Of a stretch of 64,000 nucleotides of DNA, positions 38,153-48,469 are shown one piece after another. The notes under the pieces are model-generated. The model had not been told where the DNA came from and ran no database searches. It saw nothing but the letters and a program-made list of their open reading frames with translations. This DNA is from an uncultured Candidatus Saccharibacteria bacterium. GTDB taxonomy: Bacteria > Patescibacteriota > Minisyncoccia > UBA6257 > CAYRSR01. Every line of letters begins with the position of its first letter. The first letter of the stretch is position 1. A program made the translations under genes and the position numbers. The DNA lies in NCBI GenBank assembly GCA_964427275.1, contig CAYRSR010000002.1, forward strand, positions 1,956 through 65,955, written 5' to 3'.

Positions 38153-39061
38153 ATGAGTCAGGCTAGGAAAAATAAACCAAAAGTAATTGTAATCTTGGGA
38201 CCTACTGCTTCAGGAAAATCAGACTTAGCCATAAAAATAGCTTTAAAATTCAATGGCCAGATAATTTCTGCAGATTCAAGACAGGTATATAAAGGATTAG
38301 ATATTGGTACCGGCAAAGTAACCAAAGCTGAACAAAAATTAGTTAAGCATTATCTTCTAGATGTTTGTTCTCCAAAAAAGATATTTACAGTGGTTGATTA
38401 CCAAAGACTAGCTAAAAAGGCTTTAGATAAAATATTAGCTGATGGTAAGATTCCAATAATCTGTGGTGGAACTGGCTTTTATATTGATACCTTAATTTAT
38501 GACTTAAAATTTCCTGAAGTTGCCCCAAATGCAAAGTTAAGAAAAAGGTTGGAAAAATACTCAGCTGAAAAATTGTATCAAATACTTAAAAAATTGGATC
38601 CTCTTAGGGCAGAAACCATTGACAAAAAAAATAAAAGAAGACTGATTAGAGCAATTGAGATTATAAAGGGTGGAAAAACTATCTCTGAAATTAAAAAGAA
38701 ATCTCCATACCAATTACTAAAAATCGGAATTAAAAGAAGTCGAGAAGAATTGAAAAAAAGAATTATCGCTAGATTGGATAAAAGATTAGCCCAGGGATTA
38801 ATATCAGAAGTAAAAAATCTTCACCGCCAAGGACTAAGTTACAAGAAAATGGAGCAGCTAGGATTAGAATATCGATGGGTAGCTAGATATTTGCAGAAAA
38901 AAATAGATTATCAACAAATGAGACAGAATCTAATTAACAAAATTTATCAGTATAGCAAGCGTCAGATGACCTGGTTCAAAAGAGACAAACAAATTCACTG
39001 GATAACCAGTCAATCTGAAGCATTTCAATTAGTTAAGAAGTTTCTAGAACCCGATTTTTAA
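38153..39061 (+). CDS. miaA: tRNA dimethylallyltransferase
   Basis: GPTASGKS, ISADSRQVYKGLDIGT, GGTGFY, KRQMTWF. Confidence 0.97.
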   Translation: MSQARKNKPKVIVILGPTASGKSDLAIKIALKFNGQIISADSRQVYKGLDIGTGKVTKAEQKLVKHYLLDVCSPKKIFTVVDYQRLAKKALDKILADGKIPIICGGTGFYIDTLIYDLKFPEVAPNAKLRKRLEKYSAEKLYQILKKLDPLRAETIDKKNKRRLIRAIEIIKGGKTISEIKKKSPYQLLKIGIKRSREELKKRIIARLDKRLAQGLISEVKNLHRQGLSYKKMEQLGLEYRWVARYLQKKIDYQQMRQNLINKIYQYSKRQMTWFKRDKQIHWITSQSEAFQLVKKFLEPDF

Positions 39062-39576
39062 GTGTCAATATTTCTTGCACTTACAGTAACTTGAAGGTTA
39101 ATTTTAGCTTCTATTTGAGGAATATTTGGGACAGCTTCTAACAAAATAGTAATTCTAGGAGGAAGTCCATCTCCGGTCTCACAGCCTTTCAAGATAAAGT
39201 CTAAAAACTTAATTTGAACATTGGAAGAAGTAATTGGATAAAAATCTTCGCCAGCTTCACTCCTTTCAATAGCTTGTGAATGTAACCTATAAGTTACTGA
39301 ATTTCCATATTGATTAACAAAATCTATTCTCCCTTTTTCTGGAGAGGAAAAATTGGTTCCGGTTCTAATTTCTCTTACCATCTGCTCTAAAATTTTAGAA
39401 GCATTGTCACTAGCTGCTATTAGTGAAACTATATTTCTTTGAGTTCTCAATCCTCTGGTAAATGCTCCAGTAGCTATAGCAAAGAAAATTGTAAATAAAC
39501 CTAAGGCCACAATCATTTCTATCATAGTGAATCCTCTTTTATTTAATAATTGAAACTTAAAAATTGAAATTTTCAT
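39058..39576 (-). CDS. Minor type IV pilin / pseudopilin
   Basis: Class III signal KRG/FTMIEMIVAL. Confidence 0.85.
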   Translation of the reverse strand: MKISIFKFQLLNKRGFTMIEMIVALGLFTIFFAIATGAFTRGLRTQRNIVSLIAASDNASKILEQMVREIRTGTNFSSPEKGRIDFVNQYGNSVTYRLHSQAIERSEAGEDFYPITSSNVQIKFLDFILKGCETGDGLPPRITILLEAVPNIPQIEAKINLQVTVSARNIDT

Positions 39577-39579
39577 TTT

Positions 39580-40065
39580 TTATGGTCTCCAATTGAAAAA
39601 ATGACTTTCAGAATTTACTTCATATCTTCCTCCTTTAATGTTCCAGTAAACTCTAGAGTTTATTTTGACTTCATCTGGGCTAATATTTTCAATTTCAATT
39701 TTTCTTTTAAAGATAGTTTCTTCTCCGGAATCATAACTATAAATTCGGGTATTTGGATCATGCTTAAGAAAATTATCAGTAAAAGGCTCTAAAGATTCGC
39801 TATTATAATCTACCTGGTAAGTTCCATCAAAAATTCCTTCATTCCATGGTCTGAAGTTAATATAGTTAGTATCAATGATGTTTTTCACTATTTCTATTCC
39901 TTCAGCAGCTAAAAATGAACCAATGTAATTTGCTGAGATTACTTTATTTAAAGATAAAGAATGAGAGAGTAAAGTAAATATACCTCCAAAAGCAATACAT
40001 AAAATAGCTAACGATACTGCTGCTTCAATCAATAAATAGCCTGATTTTCTATAATCGTCATTCAT
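39580..40065 (-). CDS. Minor type IV pilin (PilV-like)
   Basis: KSG/YLLIEAAVSL, LAAEGIEIVKN. Confidence 0.8.
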   Translation of the reverse strand: MNDDYRKSGYLLIEAAVSLAILCIAFGGIFTLLSHSLSLNKVISANYIGSFLAAEGIEIVKNIIDTNYINFRPWNEGIFDGTYQVDYNSESLEPFTDNFLKHDPNTRIYSYDSGEETIFKRKIEIENISPDEVKINSRVYWNIKGGRYEVNSESHFFNWRP

Positions 40066-40068
40066 ATT

Positions 40069-40611
40069 TTATTCTGGAGTAATTTGACCAGCTCGATTAA
40101 TTTTAATGGTAACGGTATCTTGATGGGCTAAATCTTCCAGAATAACTACTGCTTCAATTTGATCAGGAACAATTTTAGTTTTTGGCTCAGGAGGAATGAA
40201 ATTCACGCTGTCTAAAGTTAGGCTTTTAAATCTAACTCTGAAGTCTAATTGATACTTTTTAACTAACTCTGAGCTGCCGGAATATCTAAAGTCGGAATCT
40301 TTGCAATCATCAGCCAAATCCTGATAAAGAATAAAACTATTTTCTTTGGGAATAAATTCAATTCCATATGCACAAGGAAGAGTTTCCTTAGCATACATTC
40401 CCATAGCCATAGATTTAGCTCTACTTATAGCTCCAATTAACTTGGATTGTTCTCTTAAAAGTAATACCCTTCTTTCTCCAATCCGGCTAAAAGTTATAAC
40501 TACTGCGGTTAGAATTACCATAACAAAGATAACCACTAGCATTTCCAGTAAGGTAAAGCCAGACATTCGATGGTAAAGTTTTAAGTCCTGTATTGTCTTT
40601 AATTCTGACAT
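40069..40611 (-). CDS. Minor type IV pilin (FimT/GspH-like)
   Basis: SG/FTLLEMLVVI, C-terminal INRAGQI. Confidence 0.85.
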   Translation of the reverse strand: MSELKTIQDLKLYHRMSGFTLLEMLVVIFVMVILTAVVITFSRIGERRVLLLREQSKLIGAISRAKSMAMGMYAKETLPCAYGIEFIPKENSFILYQDLADDCKDSDFRYSGSSELVKKYQLDFRVRFKSLTLDSVNFIPPEPKTKIVPDQIEAVVILEDLAHQDTVTIKINRAGQITPE

Positions 40612-40632
40612 AAATCTTAAAATGTTTGTTAT

Positions 40633-41454
40633 TTAGAATCCAAATGAGCTAAAGTAAAAACTCAGTATTTGATAGCCAAATAGTCCAGTTAAAACTACCC
40701 CCAAGCTGAAAAATGGACCAAAAGCTAGATAATCCTTTCTATGTTTCTTTTTAGCTAACAGACAAAATAAACCTGCCATTCCCCCAATTAAAAAGGAAAG
40801 CATTAAAGCTAAGATTATATCCGGCCAGCCTAAAATTAATCCTCCGGCAAGTCCCATTTGTACATCTCCCCAGCCCATTATTTTTTCTCTAGAGAAAAAA
40901 ACCATCCCTCCAAAAAATACCAAAGTTAATAAACTTCCAGCTAGGTGATTTAGCCAGTAACTTGAAAACTTTGTAATCATTAAACTAAAATAACCTAGAT
41001 ATGACTCAGGATGCCAGAAGATGGAAACTACTCCTAAAACTATTAAAACCAAAACCAATTCGCCTGGAATTAGTAGGTTTCTTAAGTCAATAATTGAAAC
41101 TAATAAAAGAACTAATAGAATTAAACCCCAGACAGCTGCTAGCTTTAAGTTATTCGTAAAAACAAGAAAACTAATAGTCAACCCTATACCTCCTAACAAC
41201 TCAACTATTGGATATTGCCAAGAGATAGGCTTCTTACAGTGACGACACTTTCCTTTTTGAATCAGAAAACTAAGAATAGGTATTAACTCATACCAGGATA
41301 GCCTGGTTTTACAATAAGGACAGTAAGACCTGGAAAAAAATACTTCTCTTCTAAAAACTGGCTTACCTGGTGAAAATCGTAAGCTTAATACATTAATAAA
41401 ACTTCCTAGAGTAGTTCCGATTAGAAATAGAATTAAATAGTTAAAACTGCACAC
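40633..41454 (-). CDS. pilD: Prepilin peptidase
   Basis: GSFINV, RSYCPYC, LIPILSFL.QKGKCRHC, IIDL, MGWGD, AFGPF. Start tentatively placed at GTG 41454, overlapping the pilin stop. Confidence 0.92.
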   Translation of the reverse strand: MCSFNYLILFLIGTTLGSFINVLSLRFSPGKPVFRREVFFSRSYCPYCKTRLSWYELIPILSFLIQKGKCRHCKKPISWQYPIVELLGGIGLTISFLVFTNNLKLAAVWGLILLVLLLVSIIDLRNLLIPGELVLVLIVLGVVSIFWHPESYLGYFSLMITKFSSYWLNHLAGSLLTLVFFGGMVFFSREKIMGWGDVQMGLAGGLILGWPDIILALMLSFLIGGMAGLFCLLAKKKHRKDYLAFGPFFSLGVVLTGLFGYQILSFYFSSFGF

Positions 41455-41881
41455 AATAATTGGGGTCATCACAATCAACGTTATAAACCATTCCATCAGT
41501 ATCATCAGCTAAAGCTGGGTTGTTAGAATCTTCCAAGGTAGCCCTCAACACATAGTTTTGTTTATCTCCAGATACTCCATACTCATAAGAATAATCAGGA
41601 TATAGCGGGTCATTGGAAATTGTAGTTACTCCAATTCCTGCTCCAACCAATGCTTCTTTTAAAGAAGTCCAGCTATCTGCTCCAGTAATTTCCGGGTAAC
41701 TATTATACTTAACATAATAAAGTTCCAAAGCATTCTGAGTTTCTCTTAAATCTGCTATTCTTCTAGCATCTCTACCTCTAGCTCTAAATCCACCAAGTCC
41801 TACCAAAACTACTGAAGCCAAAAGTCCAATAATTGATACTACAATTAAAAGCTCAATTAAAGTAAATCCTCTTTTTTTCAT
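41441..41881 (-). CDS. Major type IV pilin-like protein
   Basis: MKKRG/FTLIELLIVVSIIGLLA, RDARRIADL, C-terminal Cys pair. Confidence 0.92.
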   Translation of the reverse strand: MKKRGFTLIELLIVVSIIGLLASVVLVGLGGFRARGRDARRIADLRETQNALELYYVKYNSYPEITGADSWTSLKEALVGAGIGVTTISNDPLYPDYSYEYGVSGDKQNYVLRATLEDSNNPALADDTDGMVYNVDCDDPNYCVQF

Positions 41882-41904
41882 AAAATTTATTTGCTTAGCG
41901 ACCT

Positions 41905-43116
41905 TTAAAACTTCAATGCCAGGTTGTAAATTGGCATAAGAATCGAGGCAAACAGGAAACCTACCATTACACCAATAGCTACAATTAACACTGGTTGAAT
42001 CAATTCAACTAAATTAGTTACAGCATCATCAACTTCTCGAGAATAAAAATCTGAAATCCGATTCAGCATTGAAGTAACCTGACCAGTCGATTCTCCCACT
42101 GAAATTAACTGAGAAACCAAAGGTGGAAAATAGGAAGGAGCTTTAGTTAAAACCTGAGACAATGCCTTACCTTCTCTTATCCCTTTAACAGCTTCTCTTA
42201 GTAAGTCCCTATAAACTATATTACCAATAGTAATTGCAGAAATTTCAATAGCTTGTGCCATAGGTATTCCTCCTTTAATCAAAACAGCACAAGCTGCAGT
42301 AAACCTAACTATTGAAAGTTTTCTTAGTAAAGCTCCTATTCCAGGAAGTCTTAAGGAAATTTCATCAAAAACAATTCTTCCTTCAGGGGTACGAATGTAA
42401 TCAATAACTAGAAAAATAACCAAAGCTATAACTGAGGTAACAAGCCACCACCATTTTATCCCAAATTTACCAATATAAATCAAAGCTTTGGTAAACAAAG
42501 GTAACTCCACTTTTGCTTCAGCAAAAATTGGTTCAATTTGAGGAAATACTTGAGTGACCATTAAAAGCACTACCCCGATAAATAAGACTATCACTATAAC
42601 TGGGTAAATCAAAGCTCCTCTTATTTTAGATGTCAAGACAACTTCTTTTTCATAGTAAGAAGCCATATATTCTACTGCTTCATCTATCCTTCCGGTTACC
42701 TCGCCTGAACGAACCATATTAACAAAAAAACTGGAAAAGATTGAGGGATGCTTTTCTAAAGCTTGGGAAAATGACAATCCAGCTTCAATATCAGATATTA
42801 GTGCTGCAGTAGCTTCTTTTAAATAAGGATTACTAACCTGCCCATAAAGAATTTTTAATGATCTGGATAATGAGATTTTTGATGATAATAAGGTAGCCAG
42901 CTGTCTTGAATAAATCATTAAATCCTTCCTATTTACTTTTTTAAGGAACTCTAAAATTCTCTGAATTAGTCCTTTTTTAATTCTTATTTTTTCTAAACTT
43001 AGAACATACAACCCGTGTCCCTCCAAAATATTTAAAGCAGCTTCTCGAGAAGCAGCAGTTACTATACCAACCTGTAGCTCCCCTGTTTCGGTTCTAGCTT
43101 TATATCGAAACTTCAT
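41905..43116 (-). CDS. pilC: Type IV pilus platform protein PilC (T2SS F family)
   Basis: FRYKAR, GE.TG, ALIYP, GESTG, LIQP..I, ILMPIY. Confidence 0.95.
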   Translation of the reverse strand: MKFRYKARTETGELQVGIVTAASREAALNILEGHGLYVLSLEKIRIKKGLIQRILEFLKKVNRKDLMIYSRQLATLLSSKISLSRSLKILYGQVSNPYLKEATAALISDIEAGLSFSQALEKHPSIFSSFFVNMVRSGEVTGRIDEAVEYMASYYEKEVVLTSKIRGALIYPVIVIVLFIGVVLLMVTQVFPQIEPIFAEAKVELPLFTKALIYIGKFGIKWWWLVTSVIALVIFLVIDYIRTPEGRIVFDEISLRLPGIGALLRKLSIVRFTAACAVLIKGGIPMAQAIEISAITIGNIVYRDLLREAVKGIREGKALSQVLTKAPSYFPPLVSQLISVGESTGQVTSMLNRISDFYSREVDDAVTNLVELIQPVLIVAIGVMVGFLFASILMPIYNLALKF

Positions 43117-43119
43117 AAT

Positions 43120-44193
43120 TTATTCTCTTTCTAGTAAAATTCTAAGTTCAGATGGATTCAAGGAATATAACTCAGCATTTTCTAAAGAAATTTCCTTTTT
43201 CCTCACCAGATTAGCCAGAGAACGATTAAGAGAAATCATGCCTTCTTCCAGAGAAGTCTCTATAACTAAATCTATCTGAAATGCCTTTCTTTCTCTGATT
43301 AAGTTACGAATAGCCGAATTACAGATCATCACTTCACAAGCTGGAACTCTACCACCTTCAATCTTAGGAATTAATCTTTCTGAAATTACACCAGCCAATG
43401 TGGCTGCTAATTGAATGGTAACCTGAGTCTGTTGAGCTGCCGGAAAACTATCAATTATCCTGTCTATTGTTTGGGAAGCAGAATTAGTATGCAAAGTGGA
43501 AAATACTAAATGGCCAGTTTCAGCAGCAGTTAGAGCTGCTGACATAGTTTCAGGATCTCTCATCTCACCAATCATGATTACATCAGGGTCCTGTCGTAAA
43601 ATAGAACGTAAGCCGGTATGAAAATCTCTAGTATCTTTACCTACTTCACGCTGAGATATTAAACATCTATCCTGAATAAGCATATATTCCACCGGATCTT
43701 CGATAGTAATAATATGTTCAGTTCTAGTATGATTTATCTCATCTAGCATTGCTGCTAATGTCGTAGTTTTTCCATGACCAGCTGGACCTACCACTAAAAC
43801 AAATCCTTGTTTGAGTTTAACAAAATTATGAATAACCGGAGGCAAATTAAGTTCTTTAATTGTTGATATCTTTCTGGGAATAAGTCTCAAAGCTGCAGCC
43901 ATAAAGCCTTGTTGAAAATATACATTTACTCTAAACCTTGCTTTATCCTCAAATTCATAAGCAAAATCAAGTTGTTTTTCTTTTAAAAACTCTTTCATCT
44001 GTTCCTCGGTTAATAAAGCTGAAACTAACCCATTAACTGCTTCAGGAGTTAAAATTGGTTCACCAGACAAAGGCATTAGTGCACCATCAATCCTTAAAGT
44101 AGGATAATAACCTACTCCCAAGTGAAGATCAGAAGCATTTTGCTTTAAGGTGGTTAACAAATATTCTCTTAATTTTTGTCTATAATCAATCAT
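43120..44193 (-). CDS. pilT: Type IV pilus retraction ATPase
   Basis: ASDLHL, GPAGHGKTTT, TIEDPVE, LRQDPDVIMIGEMRD, AAETGHLV, AIRNLIRE. Confidence 0.96.
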   Translation of the reverse strand: MIDYRQKLREYLLTTLKQNASDLHLGVGYYPTLRIDGALMPLSGEPILTPEAVNGLVSALLTEEQMKEFLKEKQLDFAYEFEDKARFRVNVYFQQGFMAAALRLIPRKISTIKELNLPPVIHNFVKLKQGFVLVVGPAGHGKTTTLAAMLDEINHTRTEHIITIEDPVEYMLIQDRCLISQREVGKDTRDFHTGLRSILRQDPDVIMIGEMRDPETMSAALTAAETGHLVFSTLHTNSASQTIDRIIDSFPAAQQTQVTIQLAATLAGVISERLIPKIEGGRVPACEVMICNSAIRNLIRERKAFQIDLVIETSLEEGMISLNRSLANLVRKKEISLENAELYSLNPSELRILLERE

Positions 44194-44197
44194 TTTT

Positions 44198-45928
44198 TTA
44201 AATAGTTTGTCTTAATACTTCTTCAATAGTAGTTTCTCCTCTCAGAGCTTTAATAATACCATCCTGTCTTAATGTTATCATTCCTTGCCGCTTTGCTTCC
44301 TGCTCAGCTTTTTCTCTAGAAAAACCCTGTTCAATAATTGAGGCTAGTTGAGAAGTCATTTTAAGAACTTCAAATATACCAATTCTTCCTTTTAATCCCT
44401 TACCCATACACTTGGGACAACCAATTCCTTTATAAAGAACATAAGGCCTTTGATACTTACCAAGTATTTCACTTTTTATTTTTTCCGGTAAGTTGTTTAA
44501 CTCCTGCTCAATGATATCTTGAACTTGCTCAGAAACCTGGACTTCTTTCTTACAGAATGGACAGATTCTGGCTACTAATCTCTGAGCTAGCATTAAAATA
44601 AGCGAAGAAGGTAAAAGAAAAGGTCTGACTTTTAAATCTAACAACCTCGGAATAACTCCAACAGCATCATTTGTGTGAATAGTGGACAAGAGTATATGAC
44701 CGGTTAAAGCTGCCTGAATTGCCAGGCCAGCAGTTTCTTCATCTCTAATTTCTCCGACCATGATAACATCCGGATCCTGACGAACAACTTGACGCAAACC
44801 AGAGGCAAAACTATACCCAATATCTTCTTTGATTTGAGATTGGCTAATTCCTTCAATAAAATATTCTACCGGATCCTCTAAGCTAACTACGTTAACTTCT
44901 TCTTGATTTAATTTCTGTAGTAATGCATATAAGCTGGTTGTTTTTCCAGAACCGGTTGGTCCACTAATCAAAATCATCCCGTAAGGTTTACTAAGGGCTT
45001 CCAAAGTAGCTTCCAAGTTTGGCCCCTCTAATCCCAATTCATATAATCCTTTTAGGCCCACAGTAGGATCCAGAATTCTAATTGCCACCTTCTCACCTAG
45101 AGGTGTAGGGAAAGTAGCTACCCTAAAGTCAATATGTTTTCCATAAATTACAGTTCGGAATCGACCATCCTGTGGAATTCTGGTTTCATCAAGTTTAAGA
45201 TTGGACAAAACCTTTATTCTAGAGATTATTGGGCGATGAAGTTCTGAAGGTAAACTAGAAACTTGCTTAAGTTTCCCATCAATTCTAAACCTGATTCTCA
45301 AATAATTTTGCTGAGGTTCAATATGAATATCAGAAGCCTGAACTTCTACAGCTTCTTTTAAAGTAGAAGCTACAATTTTTATTATCGGTGCTTCTTCTTC
45401 AGCAGAAATTGCTTTTTCCAGTTCTACTACTTTTTGAGTTGGAGGAGCTTTTATTTCCCCAATAACTTGTAAAGCCTTTTCAATCTCAGTCTGATATGGA
45501 GAATACTTTCTCCAGACTTTTTCTAAATCAGATGGGGTAATTAAATATACCCCTAGATTTAAATCCTCTCTTCGAGCAATAAACTTTAAAGCATTTTGAG
45601 CTCGAGTATCATCAGGATTAAGCATTCCAACAATCAAGGTATCACCTTCTATCTTAATCGGAACAACCTTATAAGTTCTGGAAGTATCTTCTGATATAAT
45701 TTTCAATAATCTTGGCTCAATTTCTTCCAGATTAAACTTCTTATAAGGCACTCCCAAATATCGACTTTTTACTTCAGCAATTTTTTGTTCAGGAATCAAA
45801 TTTCTCTCATAAATCAAATCCTCTAAGGATTTAGCTGAAGCACGAGCTTCTCTTAGTAACTTTTGTCCAATTTCTTCTTTAATCAATCTTTCTTCTCTTA
45901 ATAGATTAAAAAGTTCTTTATCTTTCAT
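44198..45928 (-). CDS. pilB: Type IV pilus assembly ATPase
   Basis: ASDIHIEP, PQDGR, GPTGSGKTT, RQDPDVIMVGEIRD, Cys tetrad. Start is approximate. Confidence 0.95.
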   Translation of the reverse strand: MKDKELFNLLREERLIKEEIGQKLLREARASAKSLEDLIYERNLIPEQKIAEVKSRYLGVPYKKFNLEEIEPRLLKIISEDTSRTYKVVPIKIEGDTLIVGMLNPDDTRAQNALKFIARREDLNLGVYLITPSDLEKVWRKYSPYQTEIEKALQVIGEIKAPPTQKVVELEKAISAEEEAPIIKIVASTLKEAVEVQASDIHIEPQQNYLRIRFRIDGKLKQVSSLPSELHRPIISRIKVLSNLKLDETRIPQDGRFRTVIYGKHIDFRVATFPTPLGEKVAIRILDPTVGLKGLYELGLEGPNLEATLEALSKPYGMILISGPTGSGKTTSLYALLQKLNQEEVNVVSLEDPVEYFIEGISQSQIKEDIGYSFASGLRQVVRQDPDVIMVGEIRDEETAGLAIQAALTGHILLSTIHTNDAVGVIPRLLDLKVRPFLLPSSLILMLAQRLVARICPFCKKEVQVSEQVQDIIEQELNNLPEKIKSEILGKYQRPYVLYKGIGCPKCMGKGLKGRIGIFEVLKMTSQLASIIEQGFSREKAEQEAKRQGMITLRQDGIIKALRGETTIEEVLRQTI

Positions 45929-46214
45929 ATAAAGCAAACGGATTGGCTCGACCTAACTCTGGAATAGTTAATGGAGTACTATAATCACGGAGGTTTTGAT
46001 AAACTGGATTTTCAAAAATGGATTTAGAAATCAAATTAATTCTAGACATTTCGTGGATTTGTTTAAACTGAGAAGGAATAACCACTTCAATTAAAGGTGG
46101 AGTCTTAAAAAACAGAAAATACACACTCGCACCTAACATCAAAAATATAATTAATCCAGTTACTATTTTTTTAAAATCTAATCCAGGTTTAGGTTCTTCT
46201 ACAACTATAGCCAT
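45918..46214 (-). CDS. Small single-TM protein in pil operon (PilP-position protein)
   Basis: TM helix and C-terminal GRANPF, between pilO and pilB. Confidence 0.6.
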   Translation of the reverse strand: MAIVVEEPKPGLDFKKIVTGLIIFLMLGASVYFLFFKTPPLIEVVIPSQFKQIHEMSRINLISKSIFENPVYQNLRDYSTPLTIPELGRANPFALYER

Positions 46215-46216
46215 AA

Positions 46217-46783
46217 TTATTGAGCTTGATAATAAGTATCGACCGTTAGCTCCTGAACATATAAGTTTTCTTCCGGAACATCTGCTTTTTCCATCTTTAT
46301 ATTAATTAAATCATTAAGCTGAATACTAGTCTCCAAAATCTCTGAAAATTTCTTAATTGCCTCATAAGTTCCAAAAATCTTCATATCAAAACGGAGAGTA
46401 CCTATTCCTTTAGCTATCGAACCTTTTTTAGATGGCTTTATTCCTAATATCTTAACTGACAATGAATTAATTGATACCCCACAGGATTCAGCAACAGTTT
46501 GATATAAGTGAATAGCCTGCGGGATGCTTTCCTCAATTGGTAAAATCTTAGATAAGATCTCTTGCTGCTTTTGAATGTTCTCCTCTTGCTGAGCAACTTG
46601 CATAAATTCCTCAATTATAGAAGTTTGCTCAGTAAGCAGTCTAGTTTGACTTAAAAGCTCTCCTTTTAGTCTCACAATCTCCTGATAGGAAGGAATAACC
46701 ATCTTAATAAATACCAGTATAGCAGTAATGATAAAAATAGCTGAAAGTAAAATTAATAAAATTCTTTTAACCGAAGCTTTCAT
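46217..46783 (-). CDS. pilO: PilO-like pilus assembly protein
   Basis: TM, coiled coil, ILP, GTYEAIKKF..LE; operon position. Confidence 0.75.
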   Translation of the reverse strand: MKASVKRILLILLSAIFIITAILVFIKMVIPSYQEIVRLKGELLSQTRLLTEQTSIIEEFMQVAQQEENIQKQQEILSKILPIEESIPQAIHLYQTVAESCGVSINSLSVKILGIKPSKKGSIAKGIGTLRFDMKIFGTYEAIKKFSEILETSIQLNDLINIKMEKADVPEENLYVQELTVDTYYQAQ

Positions 46784-47340
46784 ATTTTTTGTTCAAATTT
46801 AAACAATTGTTCATTAAATAAAATCATAGTTGAGAAAGTTATTCCTTCTTCACCCTTCTCTGATTCATTTAATACTACTTGCTTTATTAAAGGATTTTGC
46901 TTAAAGACCAGAATCTGTTGAGCTAAATTCTTGTAGGAAAGAGCTATGCCTTCCAGAGTCAAATAATGTTGTTTTAAGTCAGCATCAATTTTAGTAAGAT
47001 AAACCTCTTTTAATATATTTTGCTCCAAAAATGAGAATAAATTGGATGGTTTAATGTGATTTCTAAACAGTTCCTGTACATTAACTAGTTGGGAATAAAA
47101 ATTTATAAGATTTTCTCTCTGTTCGGAGGTTATCCTTTTTTCCAGCTCAGTAATTCTTTTTTCCACCGACTTTAATTCTGAATTTAAAAATGACTTATAG
47201 CCAAATTCAAGAGAAAAATAAAGAACCAAAACCAGTCCTAATCCTAATAAAGAAAACCAGAATAATCTCCAGGGCAAATAGACCGGAATTTTCTCTGGTT
47301 CCAAAAGATATTCCTTTCTAGTTTTCTGATAATCTATCAT
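46780..47340 (-). CDS. pilN: PilN-like pilus assembly protein
   Basis: TM, coiled coil, VYLT, LEGIALSY; position after pilM. Confidence 0.7.
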   Translation of the reverse strand: MIDYQKTRKEYLLEPEKIPVYLPWRLFWFSLLGLGLVLVLYFSLEFGYKSFLNSELKSVEKRITELEKRITSEQRENLINFYSQLVNVQELFRNHIKPSNLFSFLEQNILKEVYLTKIDADLKQHYLTLEGIALSYKNLAQQILVFKQNPLIKQVVLNESEKGEEGITFSTMILFNEQLFKFEQKI

Positions 47341-47347
47341 AAGCTAA

Positions 47348-48415
47348 TTATATAAACTCTCTAAGGCCAAGTCCAATTGATACTGCTAGGGACGAACCCA
47401 AATCCTTAAGAGCTGGTTCTACTTCTTTTGGATAATTAATTTTACTGATAAAACTTTCAGCTTTAACTGGGACTCCAAGCTTTCTTTCAAAGTATTCACT
47501 TATTCCTAACAATTTAGCTCCCCCACCGGCTAAAATTATCCTTTCTGGCTTCCGACCTAAATTTTCCTTCAGGTAAGCATTTCGAGTTCGTTCCACATCT
47601 TTTATTATAGCATCTAAAATTGGGGTAATCAAACTAGATAGCTCTCTATGCTCTTCTCCACCTAATAAACCATAGCGTTTTTTAAGGTTTTCCGCTCTAT
47701 TTATGTCTATTCCTAATCCTCTGGCTATTGCCCTGGTTAAAGAATTTCCAGCAAGGTCAGTTCGCTCACTATACTTCAAGGCTCCATTGTCAACTATAGT
47801 AATATTGGTAACACATCCACCAATATCTATCAACATGGTTGGAGTAGAACCAATACCTGCTGCTCGAACTAAACTGAGACTTTCTATCTCTAAGGCTACT
47901 AACCTTAACCCAGCTAGTTTAAAAATCTGTCGGTAGATTTCGATTCTTTCATTGGGCATAGAAATAATAAATATCTGCTGTTTTTTTATCCCCCTTTCTT
48001 CTCTCTCTCCAACCTTTAACCAGTCAATGGTTACATCAGAAATTGGTAAAGGAATATACCTTCGGCATTGAAGCGGAATAGCTTTTACCAAGTCACTTTC
48101 AGGCATCATTGGAAATTCAATAAGAGTAGTAAACGCAGCAAATAACGGCAGACTAGCTATAACATCAGAAGTTTTAACATTAGCTTTTTCAAATAAATAC
48201 CTTAAGGTTCTAGCAGTTTCTTTCTTTAAAGGCTTAAGAGAACTGGTTTGAATAGCATTATTTAATCTTTCCAGATAACCATAGGTTTCCAGATAACCAT
48301 AATTTTTAAGATAAGGTCTTCCTCTTACTGGAGAAATTTCAACCAGTTTTAGAGTAACTGTACCTATATCTACTCCTAAATAACTTCTCTTTGGTTTAAA
48401 AATTTTAAATACCAT
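47348..48415 (-). CDS. pilM: Type IV pilus assembly protein PilM
   Basis: LGVDIGT..LKLVE, YIPLP, LIDIGG, ILAGGGA, AVSIGLGLR. Start moved to ATG 48415. Confidence 0.93.
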   Translation of the reverse strand: MVFKIFKPKRSYLGVDIGTVTLKLVEISPVRGRPYLKNYGYLETYGYLERLNNAIQTSSLKPLKKETARTLRYLFEKANVKTSDVIASLPLFAAFTTLIEFPMMPESDLVKAIPLQCRRYIPLPISDVTIDWLKVGEREERGIKKQQIFIISMPNERIEIYRQIFKLAGLRLVALEIESLSLVRAAGIGSTPTMLIDIGGCVTNITIVDNGALKYSERTDLAGNSLTRAIARGLGIDINRAENLKKRYGLLGGEEHRELSSLITPILDAIIKDVERTRNAYLKENLGRKPERIILAGGGAKLLGISEYFERKLGVPVKAESFISKINYPKEVEPALKDLGSSLAVSIGLGLREFI

Positions 48416-48469
48416 AACAAGGAAATATTTGACTTGCAATTATTATATCACAATCATAATATAAAAAAA

